Shown here: piece by piece, positions 8,979-18,010 of the stretch
How positions within the stretch are numbered: the stretch's first letter is position 1
Layout of the letters: each line of letters starts with the position of its first letter
Position numbers and translations under genes: made by a program
Source: a virus
Lineage: Duplodnaviria > Heunggongvirae > Uroviricota > Caudoviricetes
DNA: 33,117 nt
Strand: one strand, 5' to 3'
Virus record (IMG/VR): IMGVR_UViG_2545824709_000011
Coordinates: 1-33,117 of that record
The notes under the pieces: generated by a model
The model's database searches: none
Seen by the model: only the letters and a program-made list of their open reading frames with translations
Told to the model about the DNA's origin: nothing

Positions 8979-11011
8979 TATGCAAACTCCTCGATAATAC
9001 AAATCCCAGCGGCACCTTTCCCGCCTGTCATACTGGTTCCGCTATAACCGGCATCGTATGCACCACCTCCGCCTGAACCATATGCCTTACCGCTAACGCC
9101 ACCGCCAGCGCCTGCGCGTCCACCGCCACCCCAGTACGATGTTCCGCCTTCACCGCTGACGCTGATATTTCCGGACTGACCGTCGCCTCCATTTCCACCA
9201 GTGATGCGGATATCGCCAGTACTCGGCACACCTCCGTTACCGCCGTTTGTGTTTGTAATTCCCACTTTCCCGCCACCTGCGCCACCAGGAGCAATTAACG
9301 ATGCGAATACGCTATTCCCGCCACTGGTGCCGTTCGTCGCACTAACACCACCGGCCCCACCTGCGCCGATAGTGACTGGATAACTATTCTGTATCGGGGT
9401 CATTATTGAAATTATTGTTCCACCGGCCCCACCGCCAGCACCGAAAAACGTTTCATTATTGGATATAGCCTTGCAGCCGCCCCCTCCGCCACCGCCGCCC
9501 GTTATTGTGACCCTAATCCGTTTTGTTCCTGGCGTCGGGGTGTACGTACCTGATGACGTGAAAACCCGGGTATTCACCAAGCGTCCCACGTATCCACTTG
9601 CATCGCTCAAGCCAAGGTCAGCAGCAGTAGGTTTAATATGTGAACTGTAAATTACATATACAGTTCCATCTGTCAGGCCTGTTGGTTTATTCGCTGTATA
9701 AGTTGGTGATGTATGAATCGTTACGCTGGCGTTACTGGTATAATCCCACTGAATATTAACACCTGTGGCGTAATTACCTATTTCAACATAAACATCATAG
9801 GTATCACCGGATGTATTCACCCATGCAAAATTAGTAAATCCAACCGATGTCCGTCGCCATAACGCACCAGTAAGATCTTTTGGATTTCCATTTCCCGCAC
9901 GAAGAACAAGTTCAGATATACCAGCCTGCATAGGGGAGTTAACATTATATCCAGCACCACCAATCAGACTTATGTAAACCACGGAACTGGCCTGTGGCAT
10001 AGTTACAGTTGCCAGCCTGAACCATCCTGTACCACCACTAAAAGACATGGTTGTTGAATTTGTTGCTCCAATATTGCGCAGGAATAATCTTTTATCAGGA
10101 ATATCCGCGCCGTTCTGATCTTTCTGAAGACGTTTTTCAGCATTGTCATAGGCAGACTTCACCGCTTTCGGTGTTGCGGCCAGCGTTTCAGAAGTGCTAT
10201 TGGTGGCGCTGCTGAGCTGGACAAGGCCTTTTCGCGCTGTGGTCGCGTCCTGTGCGGTATATTTCCCGTTAGCAAGGTCATATGCTGTCTTAACCGCCTT
10301 TGGCGTTGCCGCAAGCGTTTCAGAATCGCTGTTGGTGGCGCTACTGAGCTGGACAAGACCTTTTCGCGCTGTGGTCGCGTCCTGTGCAGTATATTTCCCG
10401 TTAGCAAGGTCATACGCGACCTTTACCGCTTTCGGCGTTGCGGCCAGTGTTTCAGACGTGCTGTTGGTTGCGCTGCTTAACTGAGTAAAGCCTTTTGCGG
10501 TCAGTGATGCATCCGGGTGTCGTCGTGACTGTTCGTGTTCTGAGATTTTGTCATCCACATATTTACGGGTCGCCAGTACCACCGACGGGTCGATTTTCAG
10601 CGTGATGGCTTCGGTATTCGAGACAACTAGAATCATGCGGATAGTCTGGGTACGACCACTGCCTTCCTGCAACTGCGGTTTGTACGTTTCCGGGCAGTTC
10701 GCCACCGCAATGAGTACGCCTTCATCATCATAAAGCCCAATCTCACGGATCCAGAATCCTCCCTCGTTTTCAGGGATAATTTGCTCCGCAATAATCTGGC
10801 TCTGATTGTTAGGGTCAACACTCAGAAGATTCAGCGGTGCAATGCGTTTCTGGTTAATCAGTTTTGTCTGTGCCGGGTCTGGTGTCGGTAATACACCATT
10901 CGCATCACCAACGGCCATTTGCGTCAGATTCAGCTTACTGCCGAGCATCGTCGCGTTAGCCAGTCGTGCTGCGCCCTGATTAGTCAGAATGGCGTAGTAT
11001 TTCACTGTCAT
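8978..11011 (-). CDS. H: Tail fiber protein H
   Basis: 677-aa ORF; N-terminus MTVKYYAILTNQGAARLANA is the conserved P2-type H baseplate-attachment region; internal 44-aa tandem repeats; very glycine-rich C-terminal third. Confidence 0.9.
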   Translation of the reverse strand: MTVKYYAILTNQGAARLANATMLGSKLNLTQMAVGDANGVLPTPDPAQTKLINQKRIAPLNLLSVDPNNQSQIIAEQIIPENEGGFWIREIGLYDDEGVLIAVANCPETYKPQLQEGSGRTQTIRMILVVSNTEAITLKIDPSVVLATRKYVDDKISEHEQSRRHPDASLTAKGFTQLSSATNSTSETLAATPKAVKVAYDLANGKYTAQDATTARKGLVQLSSATNSDSETLAATPKAVKTAYDLANGKYTAQDATTARKGLVQLSSATNSTSETLAATPKAVKSAYDNAEKRLQKDQNGADIPDKRLFLRNIGATNSTTMSFSGGTGWFRLATVTMPQASSVVYISLIGGAGYNVNSPMQAGISELVLRAGNGNPKDLTGALWRRTSVGFTNFAWVNTSGDTYDVYVEIGNYATGVNIQWDYTSNASVTIHTSPTYTANKPTGLTDGTVYVIYSSHIKPTAADLGLSDASGYVGRLVNTRVFTSSGTYTPTPGTKRIRVTITGGGGGGGGCKAISNNETFFGAGGGAGGTIISIMTPIQNSYPVTIGAGGAGGVSATNGTSGGNSVFASLIAPGGAGGGKVGITNTNGGNGGVPSTGDIRITGGNGGDGQSGNISVSGEGGTSYWGGGGRAGAGGGVSGKAYGSGGGGAYDAGYSGTSMTGGKGAAGICIIEEFA
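10161..10500 (-). repeat. Tandem 132-bp coding repeats (about 2.6 copies) inside tail fiber gene H
   Basis: Near-identical units starting about 10161, 10293 and 10425, encoding repeated KGLVQLSSATNS.SETLAATPKAVK.AYDLANGKYTAQDATTAR. Confidence 0.85.
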
Positions 11012-11619
11012 GCGTTTACTCTCAGGTTATCAATTAAATGAATGACCGAGGCCGGGAAATAATCCCCTCCGACAATAATGGCCTCCGGGGTGTAGGGATA
11101 AACCGTCAGGGCGTCACCGTGATAGCATCCCGTTCCGGCAAAAATGTTGCCGGTTGTACTTAAACTGATAGCCAGTCCCGTCAGATGGCGGCTCGCCGGT
11201 TTTGCATCAGCAACGAGACGTTCCAGCTCCAGATACATTTCTTCGGTAATACCCTGCTCAAGCACGCCAACAACGATACGGAACGTCCCCGGCTCTTCGT
11301 TGAGCTGCCACCACTCCCTCACTTCAATCAGATAACCGAGCGGCTCCACAACACGCCGGATTGCGCCGACAGTACCCTTATGACAGTGGATGAAATAGGC
11401 ATCGCGGATAACGGCGCGTTTTGTCGCTTCCGGCCACTTTTCATCCCACCTGTCGACCGAAAAGGCCCACGCCAGCCACGGCAGCAGATTTGCCGGGCAG
11501 GTGTCCGGGTTCCACAGCTCACGAATACTGACCGGCGTTTTTTCAATTTCCGCACAGGCTTTCGCGGCAGCAATTTCAAGCGGTGATGAGCCGGTCGGCA
11601 GCAGTCGCGAATCACTCAT
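11008..11619 (-). CDS. I: Baseplate protein I
   Basis: 203-aa ORF between J and H; ATGA overlap with the H start. Confidence 0.85.
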   Translation of the reverse strand: MSDSRLLPTGSSPLEIAAAKACAEIEKTPVSIRELWNPDTCPANLLPWLAWAFSVDRWDEKWPEATKRAVIRDAYFIHCHKGTVGAIRRVVEPLGYLIEVREWWQLNEEPGTFRIVVGVLEQGITEEMYLELERLVADAKPASRHLTGLAISLSTTGNIFAGTGCYHGDALTVYPYTPEAIIVGGDYFPASVIHLIDNLRVNA

Positions 11620-12520
11620 CCGAGCCTCCGGTCACGACGCTGTATTCGGTACAGAAAGACGCCTGCGTATTGTTGAGCACGATGTCGGCCAGCGGTGCAG
11701 CCAGTTCGACACGCTGCACGCCTTCCACATGCAAAGCGGCATAAATGGCAGACAGACGGATGTCGCGCCCCAGCCGGTGCTGTGCCGTGATGTATGCTTC
11801 CAGTTTTTTCACGGCGGCCGCGCGGATGGGTTCACTTTCGGGACCAGGGTAAAGGTAAAGCGTGGCGTTTATCTGGTATTCAACAATGGCGGCAGACTGC
11901 ACGGTCACGCGGTCGGCCACCGGTCTGACGTCCTCGCCATTAAGGGCGTTACGCACCACCGCCAGCAGGTCTTCGGATGCGACACCGTTATTTTCACGTG
12001 ACAGCACAGAGATGGTGACGCAGGCCGGAGACGGACTGGTGACAGAGATATCCGCGACACGCCCGTCGGCACTGCGACCATGATACTGATAGGCACCCAC
12101 CGACCCGGCGACGCTTAAACCTTCAAACGCCTGCTGAATACGCAGACGATAATCGGTGTCAGACTCCATCACTGCCGGTGTCGGCGGGATGGTCGAATCA
12201 TCTGCCGGGGTGATAGTCAGACGCGTGGTGTTGTAATTGGCACCAATCACATCAAGGTCATTACCCGCGGCACAGGCCAGCATCACCGCCCGTGCGGCCT
12301 CATTCACACGCTGACGCCAGATAAGCTCACGATAAGCGTTTTCCTCCAGCAGTTTGACGAGAGGCTCGGATTCCAGCGTCAGGGTACGGGCGACCGCCTC
12401 CTGCTGGTCTTCCGGGTAAAGGGAAATCAGTGTCGCCTTGCGTTCGGCAAGAATGGTTTCAAAGTCCAGCTCCTCGACCACATCCGGTGCAGGTAGCTGG
12501 TTCAGGTCGATAATCGGCAT
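11612..12520 (-). CDS. J: Baseplate assembly protein J
   Basis: 302-aa ORF; synteny V-W-J-I. Confidence 0.9.
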   Translation of the reverse strand: MPIIDLNQLPAPDVVEELDFETILAERKATLISLYPEDQQEAVARTLTLESEPLVKLLEENAYRELIWRQRVNEAARAVMLACAAGNDLDVIGANYNTTRLTITPADDSTIPPTPAVMESDTDYRLRIQQAFEGLSVAGSVGAYQYHGRSADGRVADISVTSPSPACVTISVLSRENNGVASEDLLAVVRNALNGEDVRPVADRVTVQSAAIVEYQINATLYLYPGPESEPIRAAAVKKLEAYITAQHRLGRDIRLSAIYAALHVEGVQRVELAAPLADIVLNNTQASFCTEYSVVTGGSDE

Positions 12521-12524
12521 GGTT

Positions 12525-12872
12525 TCAACTCACAGGGATGGTTAACGAAAGTGGCTGGCCGGTGTCGTTGTGCTGGCCGGTTAACGTAACTGTCATTCGC
12601 CCGTCAAAACTGCGCTCAGTGGTGACGGATGACAGGGTGACGCGGGGTTCCCATTTCAGCACCGCCATGTAACAGGCGACCTTAATCTGCAACTCAAGCG
12701 CCGGGGTCTGCGGCTGGTCAATCATTGACGCCAGCACGGAGCCGTAATCACGACGCATCACCCGTGAGCCGACCGGTGTGCGCAGGATATCGCCGATACT
12801 CTGGCTGATATGCTCAAGGTCAGTGACAGTCAGGCCATCACTGCGATTCATTCCGAGATAACGCGCTGTCAT
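12525..12872 (-). CDS. W: Baseplate protein W (gp25-like)
   Basis: 115-aa ORF; synteny. Confidence 0.85.
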   Translation of the reverse strand: MTARYLGMNRSDGLTVTDLEHISQSIGDILRTPVGSRVMRRDYGSVLASMIDQPQTPALELQIKVACYMAVLKWEPRVTLSSVTTERSFDGRMTVTLTGQHNDTGQPLSLTIPVS

Positions 12873-13504
12873 AGAGGGCTCCCGGTTGTGCCGCCGCTGT
12901 CGCCGGGGTGTTTATGGGTATGCAGTACCTTACCGTTTGATGAGAGTTCACCGCCGGTGTGTTCAATGTTGCCGCGCATCGTCCCGCCCTTCTGCACTTC
13001 CAGCGTGCCGGTAATCAGCCTGTTGGTGCAGACCACCTCCGGTGTGTCCAGGGTGACGCGGGTTGATGCTTTCACCATGACCACCGGCACCGTGGCAGTA
13101 ACAGAATCAGAGGCCGTCACGCTGGCCGTTTTAATTCCGCTTACCGTAAGTGCACTGGTTTCGGGTTCATACTCAATCACCGCCCCGTCAGGGAAACGGA
13201 TATGCAGGGCATCCGCCGACGCAGACGGCGCGGGGTTATCGCCGGAATAAATCCCCGGCAGAACGAACGCCGTGTCGAGTTCACCGCCCACGGCCAGAAT
13301 CAGCACCTGTTCCCCCACGGAAGGTGCCCACCATGTGCGCGAACGCCCGGCGCGATGGGTCAGCCACTGAAGCCAGTCGGTGCACATGCCGCCGGTCTGC
13401 ACACGGCAGCGACCGGCGTTAAGGTCGGTTTCGACGACAATGCCGGTGCGTATCATGTTGCGCAGTGCGCGCGCGAGTTCCTGAATATTTGATAATGTGC
13501 TCAT
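12869..13504 (-). CDS. V: Baseplate spike/assembly protein V
   Basis: 211-aa product starting MSTLSNIQELARALRNMIRTG; ATG at 13504 chosen over the 234-aa ORF-track start. Confidence 0.85.
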   Translation of the reverse strand: MSTLSNIQELARALRNMIRTGIVVETDLNAGRCRVQTGGMCTDWLQWLTHRAGRSRTWWAPSVGEQVLILAVGGELDTAFVLPGIYSGDNPAPSASADALHIRFPDGAVIEYEPETSALTVSGIKTASVTASDSVTATVPVVMVKASTRVTLDTPEVVCTNRLITGTLEVQKGGTMRGNIEHTGGELSSNGKVLHTHKHPGDSGGTTGSPL

Positions 13505-13550
13505 ACGGCAATAATGAGAGATATATACTCGATAAACCATTACAACCCGT

Positions 13551-13568
13551 TGTATCATTTTTGGCACA
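13551..13568 (-). promoter_or_regulatory. Candidate Ogr-dependent late promoter element (TGT-N12-ACA) for the V operon
   Basis: Perfect dyad TGTATCATTTTTGGCACA 47-64 bp upstream of the V start; matches the P2/P4 late-promoter activator-site consensus as I recall it. Confidence 0.5.
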
Positions 13569-13587
13569 ATCAAGAAGGAACTGAAGT

Positions 13588-13788
13588 ATGGATAAATATC
13601 AAATCTGGGAAAATCAAAAAGACACCATCGTCCACCAAGAGTATTTAAAAATCTCCGACACCAATTTACTTGGACATATGCATATTGCCAATTATGAGGT
13701 GATTCAAAGTGAATTAAGCAAATTCAACTCTCCTAAAATTGTATTCCACTACTCACTTAATAGAAATGAATTAAAAAAGAGCACATAA
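13588..13788 (+). CDS. Hypothetical small protein (66 aa), AT-rich cargo between S and V
   Basis: ORF on the strand opposite to all flanking phage genes; GGAA-type ribosome-binding site about 8 nt upstream; codon usage visibly AT-rich. Confidence 0.45.
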   Translation: MDKYQIWENQKDTIVHQEYLKISDTNLLGHMHIANYEVIQSELSKFNSPKIVFHYSLNRNELKKST

Positions 13789-13949
13789 ATATATCAAGAC
13801 ATTTTCTCAACTATATCTCCTCAGCATTATCATTTAGAGATTCAACGCGAAATCTACATAAAATCAATGTATTAAATATTGATGATATTACCAATAAATC
13901 CAGAGAAATCATCAATGAAGAATTTTTAAAAAACCCAATCATAAAATTA

Positions 13950-14330
13950 ATGGAAGATTTAAGAAACATCCTAACCCATCAAAAAATGATCTCCCCATTA
14001 ATATCATCATTTATGCACCTCCAGAAAAAAATAAACATACACGGATTTGCATTTAAGATTGAAACCATACTGGAGAATGACCGGCTCTCTGGTAAATCAA
14101 AAGAATACCTGAAGTCAATAGAACAAAAAAATTTATTCATCTTGCCGATAATAGAGGAATACCAATACACAATTCTTAAATACCAGCACTGGCTTTTAGC
14201 TTGTATCCACAATGCTCATCAAAACACATATCCAGAATATTGGGAAGCAAGAAAAAACATAATGGACGTCTGGGGTGGAGATATCCAACTAATACCTGAA
14301 GAGAGTACCCTCACTTATTTGACCAGATAA
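13950..14330 (+). CDS. Hypothetical protein (126 aa), AT-rich cargo between S and V
   Basis: Second plus-strand ORF in the same AT-rich island, followed by a hairpin terminator; no recognisable motif; no obvious Shine-Dalgarno sequence. Confidence 0.45.
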   Translation: MEDLRNILTHQKMISPLISSFMHLQKKINIHGFAFKIETILENDRLSGKSKEYLKSIEQKNLFILPIIEEYQYTILKYQHWLLACIHNAHQNTYPEYWEARKNIMDVWGGDIQLIPEESTLTYLTR

Positions 14331-14363
14331 CAATCTAATTAGCTCATAAACATAAGACACCTT

Positions 14364-14395
14364 GGCCACGATATTTTATCGTGGCCTTATATGAT
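14364..14395 (+). terminator. Putative intrinsic terminator of the plus-strand cargo unit
   Basis: Stem GGCCACGAT(A) / (T)ATCGTGGCC with short loop, followed by TTATAT. Confidence 0.5.
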
Positions 14396-14543
14396 AAAGC
14401 GACTACCTTCGATGAGTCCTTATAACTCTCATCCACTGCACATTTTCAAGTTACAATTAAAGTTCATTTAGTTGAAATATAAAAAGGATGCCGCAAGAGG
14501 ATAATGGCGATATTTCATCAATAAGGCGCAAGAAATGGCACAA

Positions 14544-14996
14544 CTAACGGTCGAGGTGAGCCAGAATAATCTCTTCAATCATCTGCACATCCTCACCGGT
14601 AAAGCCGAGCAGAGGACGCGCCGGATAATCAATTTTCTTACCGTCTTTCCGGTTTTCTTCCGACAGACCGAACTGATGCACACTGGCGATTTTCGGCGAC
14701 TTCCCGCCGTAAAATTCCATTGATGCCTGCTCCGGGCTGGCGCGGATATGCAAAAAACGACTGGTAATAAGTTTCGCAAACATTTTTCGCTTAACACGGC
14801 CAGTCTTTTTTCTGGCGCTCTGCTGCTGGCGTGGCGCGTAGGGTGTGCCGTCCGGGGCTTTCTGAGCCATCACCCGACGCTGCTGACTCTGCCGCAGGCG
14901 TTTCGCCAGTTCGGCACTCAGTCGCCGACGCCCTGACGGTGACAGCGATTCAATCAGTCCGGTCAGCCGGTCTTCAAAACGCTTAAACTCATTCAT
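14544..14996 (-). CDS. S: Tail completion protein S
   Basis: 150-aa ORF MNEFKRFEDRLTGLIESLSPSGRRRL; synteny R-S. Confidence 0.9.
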   Translation of the reverse strand: MNEFKRFEDRLTGLIESLSPSGRRRLSAELAKRLRQSQQRRVMAQKAPDGTPYAPRQQQSARKKTGRVKRKMFAKLITSRFLHIRASPEQASMEFYGGKSPKIASVHQFGLSEENRKDGKKIDYPARPLLGFTGEDVQMIEEIILAHLDR

Positions 14997-15456
14997 CCCA
15001 CTTGCTCACCAGTTCGCCATTGATATAAAGCTCCATCGGGCGGGTGACCGGCTCCGGCGGCGGGGGTTCCGGGATATTCTTCACATGCAGCGCGCCGTCC
15101 ACCTCACTGACCAGCGTGCGCTCGGTCAGCATCAGGCTGATGCTGATATCAAAGCTGCTGTCATTGTTGATGTCTGCATAAAACGTGAAACCTTTTTTCT
15201 GGCCTTCGTCGGTGGTCATGATGTCGGGCTGATTTTCCCGCAGCCACGCCAGCACCGGCACGATGAGCAGGTCAAAATCACCGGTAAAGTCGGTCACAAT
15301 GACATTGAGCGTGTAACGCTTTTCGAATGACAGCGACGTCGCCAGTGTGGAGGCAATACTCCCGTTATCCACGAATATCCGCAGCATATCGGGGTTAGTT
15401 TTCAGCACCGTGACGGCATCAGTCAGCGCCCTGCGCAGGCTGTCGGGTTTGAGCAT
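14989..15456 (-). CDS. R: Tail completion protein R
   Basis: 155-aa ORF; synteny lysB/C-R-S. Confidence 0.9.
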   Translation of the reverse strand: MLKPDSLRRALTDAVTVLKTNPDMLRIFVDNGSIASTLATSLSFEKRYTLNVIVTDFTGDFDLLIVPVLAWLRENQPDIMTTDEGQKKGFTFYADINNDSSFDISISLMLTERTLVSEVDGALHVKNIPEPPPPEPVTRPMELYINGELVSKWDE

Positions 15457-15709
15457 CGTTTTCGTCCTGACAGTGTTTAATCATTTTTACCTGGCTGGCA
15501 CAGCGTGCCAGCGCGTTCTCAAGCAGCCGGATATCGGCACTTAAATCGCCGTTCTTCTGCGGGTCACTGCCCGGCATCGGGCAAAGACTCACTTTCGGGC
15601 AGGCGTTGTGGACAATCACTGGCGTCTGCGCAGGCCGGGCGCTGGTGCAACCGGCGCACAGCATCAGGCAGGTCAGCACCGTACCAGCGGCGAAAATCTT
15701 CGTTTTCAT
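15419..15709 (-). CDS. lysC: LysC, Rz1-like outer-membrane spanin lipoprotein, embedded out of frame in lysB
   Basis: Product MKTKIFAAGTVLTCLMLCAGCTS has a signal peptide and lipobox (LCAGC); internal ATG at 15709 chosen; overlaps lysB in a different frame. Confidence 0.65.
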   Translation of the reverse strand: MKTKIFAAGTVLTCLMLCAGCTSARPAQTPVIVHNACPKVSLCPMPGSDPQKNGDLSADIRLLENALARCASQVKMIKHCQDENDAQTRQPAQGAD

Positions 15710-15989
15710 TGAGTAACCTCGTGATGGTTTTCTCGCGCTGTGCTTCACGCTTCGCGGCGTTCTCCAGTTCCTGACGCAGTGCCACCTGCGCCAGCTCGTT
15801 TTTGTCTGCCCTGGTGATGGCAACATGAAGCTGATTTTTCAGCATGGTGATGGTCGTCTGCTGTTCACTGGCGACGTTATTCGCCCTGTCCAGCGAGGCG
15901 CGCAGGCTGGCATTTTTGTGTTTCACCAGAAACAGACCGGCCACCGCCAGCGATAACAACACGACCAGCACAATCATCAGCTTTGACAT
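15564..15989 (-). CDS. lysB: LysB, Rz-like inner-membrane spanin
   Basis: 141-aa ORF with N-terminal transmembrane segment (MSKLMIVLVVLLSLAVAGLFLV) then coiled-coil-like region; follows lysA. Confidence 0.85.
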   Translation of the reverse strand: MSKLMIVLVVLLSLAVAGLFLVKHKNASLRASLDRANNVASEQQTTITMLKNQLHVAITRADKNELAQVALRQELENAAKREAQREKTITRLLNENEDFRRWYGADLPDAVRRLHQRPACADASDCPQRLPESESLPDAGQ

Positions 15990-16402
15990 AGTTCCCGCCC
16001 CTCAAGACGCTGACGACAGGCTTTACGTATCAGCCGGAAAAACAGCGACGCCACAAGATAAATCAGCGCGGTAAAAATCCACCCGGCAGCGACCAGCGAG
16101 ATAAACGTCGCCACCATCACCACCAGAGCCGCCGCCCGTCTGCGCCACGGCACCGGCTGCAAAAACAGCGACGTGACAATCTTCACGGCCAGCGATTCCG
16201 GCGGCAGCTCCCGCCCGTAGCGTTCCAGCACATACTCCGTGGCATACACGCCGACACCACCGGCAACCACACAGATAACCGTCGCCAGAATCGCCCAGGT
16301 GGCGACAAAACTGACGGCCACGCTCTGCGGGTAAATCAGGGACAGTGCCAGCATCAGCGCCAGCGACACGTTCAGCATCAGTGAAAGGGATAATTTCTTC
16401 AT
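15977..16402 (-). CDS. lysA: LysA, membrane protein of the lysis cassette (antiholin-like)
   Basis: 141-aa multi-transmembrane ORF directly downstream of endolysin K. Confidence 0.8.
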   Translation of the reverse strand: MKKLSLSLMLNVSLALMLALSLIYPQSVAVSFVATWAILATVICVVAGGVGVYATEYVLERYGRELPPESLAVKIVTSLFLQPVPWRRRAAALVVMVATFISLVAAGWIFTALIYLVASLFFRLIRKACRQRLEGRELCQS

Positions 16403-16416
16403 GGTGTTTACTCCGT

Positions 16417-16914
16417 TTAAGCCGGTACGCCGCCGGCGGTACGCCAGACGGTGACCAGTTTTTCCAGTGAATGCTCACGCTGACCGTAACCGGCACCCGG
16501 CAGGGACGCCCAGATATTGCGACAGCGTGAAATGGCGCGCTCAATGCGTCCCGCCCGGATGTCATCCAGTGCACCGCGTTCGCGGATCAACTGAATGGCG
16601 AGCCTGTCCTGTGACAACGGACTGAAATCCGGCAGGGCAAGCTGTTTGCGGTAGTGCGGCCAGAACAGGTAAAGCTGCTGATAGCGACCGGAGGCCGTGG
16701 ATTTTTCACCGCGACGGTTAAACACCTTCGCCGGTCGGCCATGCGCGAACGGGTGGTCACTGTAGTCGGTGAAAATTTCCGGCTTTCCGTCCAGTCCGGT
16801 GACTATCACGTCATAGCCCCGGTTTTTCGTCAGCGGATGATTCGCCGTCCCTTCGGACACGGCCAGCATGTCGAGAAAGGCGGCGATATTCTGATGCGTG
16901 TTAATTACCGGCAT
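16417..16914 (-). CDS. K: Endolysin K
   Basis: 165-aa ORF; synteny Y-K-lysA. Confidence 0.9.
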   Translation of the reverse strand: MPVINTHQNIAAFLDMLAVSEGTANHPLTKNRGYDVIVTGLDGKPEIFTDYSDHPFAHGRPAKVFNRRGEKSTASGRYQQLYLFWPHYRKQLALPDFSPLSQDRLAIQLIRERGALDDIRAGRIERAISRCRNIWASLPGAGYGQREHSLEKLVTVWRTAGGVPA

Positions 16915-17195
16915 TACGGTTTCCCCCTGCCCTTAAAGCGGCGCTGAATGGCAATCTCAATCACCTGATAACCGGCGATACCCAGCATGGAGCCGATGCC
17001 GCACACCGCAGGCAGTGACAGGTCAGGAAACTGCACCAGAACAACACCGGCAACCATCGAGACAAAACCACCGAGCAACATGCGCCCGATAAACAGACGC
17101 GGGGTGATGGGTTCACCACCGGCAAGCACCTTGCCGACAACAATCAGCACCCCAATCATGAAAAGCGACAGGACGCTTTTTTCTTCTGCTGTCAT
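16914..17195 (-). CDS. Y: Holin Y
   Basis: 93-aa ORF with transmembrane segments and charged C-terminus; upstream of the endolysin. Confidence 0.9.
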   Translation of the reverse strand: MTAEEKSVLSLFMIGVLIVVGKVLAGGEPITPRLFIGRMLLGGFVSMVAGVVLVQFPDLSLPAVCGIGSMLGIAGYQVIEIAIQRRFKGRGKP

Positions 17196-17198
17196 GCG

Positions 17199-17402
17199 TT
17201 ACTCCCACAGATTGACAGTTTCAGCCACGGGCGCGGTCTGAACGTCGGGCAGTTCGACGGCGGTGCCGTGTGGCAGCACCGCGCCCAGTTCAGCCAGTCC
17301 CGGATTTGCGGCGAGCACGGTCTCGACCACGCCCTCAGTGCGCCCGTAATACCGGACACAAATGGCGTCGAGCGTGTCGCCCTGTAGCGCAAAGGTCTTC
17401 AT
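17199..17402 (-). CDS. X: Tail protein X
   Basis: 67-aa product MKTFALQGDTLDAICVRYYGRTEGVVETVLAANPGL; internal ATG at 17402 (overlapping the L stop) chosen over the 90-aa ORF-track start. Confidence 0.85.
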   Translation of the reverse strand: MKTFALQGDTLDAICVRYYGRTEGVVETVLAANPGLAELGAVLPHGTAVELPDVQTAPVAETVNLWE

Positions 17403-17911
17403 CAGATTTGACTCACGATGCAGCGCGGCTTGTCCTGGATACGCGCCACCGCCCAGCGCATATCCCGCCACAGTTCATCAATGGTGCTGTCAATGCTGTC
17501 GGCCTTCTTGTCGCCTTTCGCACTGGCATCCACGCCGCGATAACGCTCATAAAGCGACGCGGTCGCCATCGCACACACGGCGCGCTCGTAGTAAAAAACT
17601 TTGATGCTTTCACCGTCGATGTCGTCCGCCGGAACGTCCGCCAGACGCGTAAAACCGGCGGCAATTTTCTGTTCGCGGTACTCGTACAGCTCCGCATTCG
17701 TCTCCGCCATGCCTGACTTGATGGCCTCACGCAGACGGGCGGGGGCGACGGTCTGCTCAAGGCGCATACGTTCCCGGACGCGCTTCGGGTCGATATCGGG
17801 AAAAAAGAACGTGTTTTTAATCACCGGCTCGTCGCCTGCCGGTTGCGGGATGACCACCGTACCCTCACCGGACACGGGAGCCTCCTTTCGCGGAATAATC
17901 AGCGTCATCAT
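17402..17911 (-). CDS. L: Head completion/stabilisation protein L
   Basis: 169-aa product starting MMTLIIPRKEAPVSGEG; ATG at 17911 chosen over the 189-aa track start. Confidence 0.85.
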   Translation of the reverse strand: MMTLIIPRKEAPVSGEGTVVIPQPAGDEPVIKNTFFFPDIDPKRVRERMRLEQTVAPARLREAIKSGMAETNAELYEYREQKIAAGFTRLADVPADDIDGESIKVFYYERAVCAMATASLYERYRGVDASAKGDKKADSIDSTIDELWRDMRWAVARIQDKPRCIVSQI

Positions 17912-18010
17912 GACTACCTCTGAAAAGTCGGGCGGTGGACGCCGGTGCAGTGTCAGGTGATTCACCCTCACTGACCGGCGTGCCGCCCTGGCGCGGGGCG
18001 CATTCGGTTG

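Noticed and set aside
10161-10500. Tandem repeats that could be mistaken for a CRISPR-like or satellite array
   Set aside because: The repeats are 132 bp, in frame, inside tail fiber gene H, and encode repeated protein segments; there are no short repeat-spacer units.
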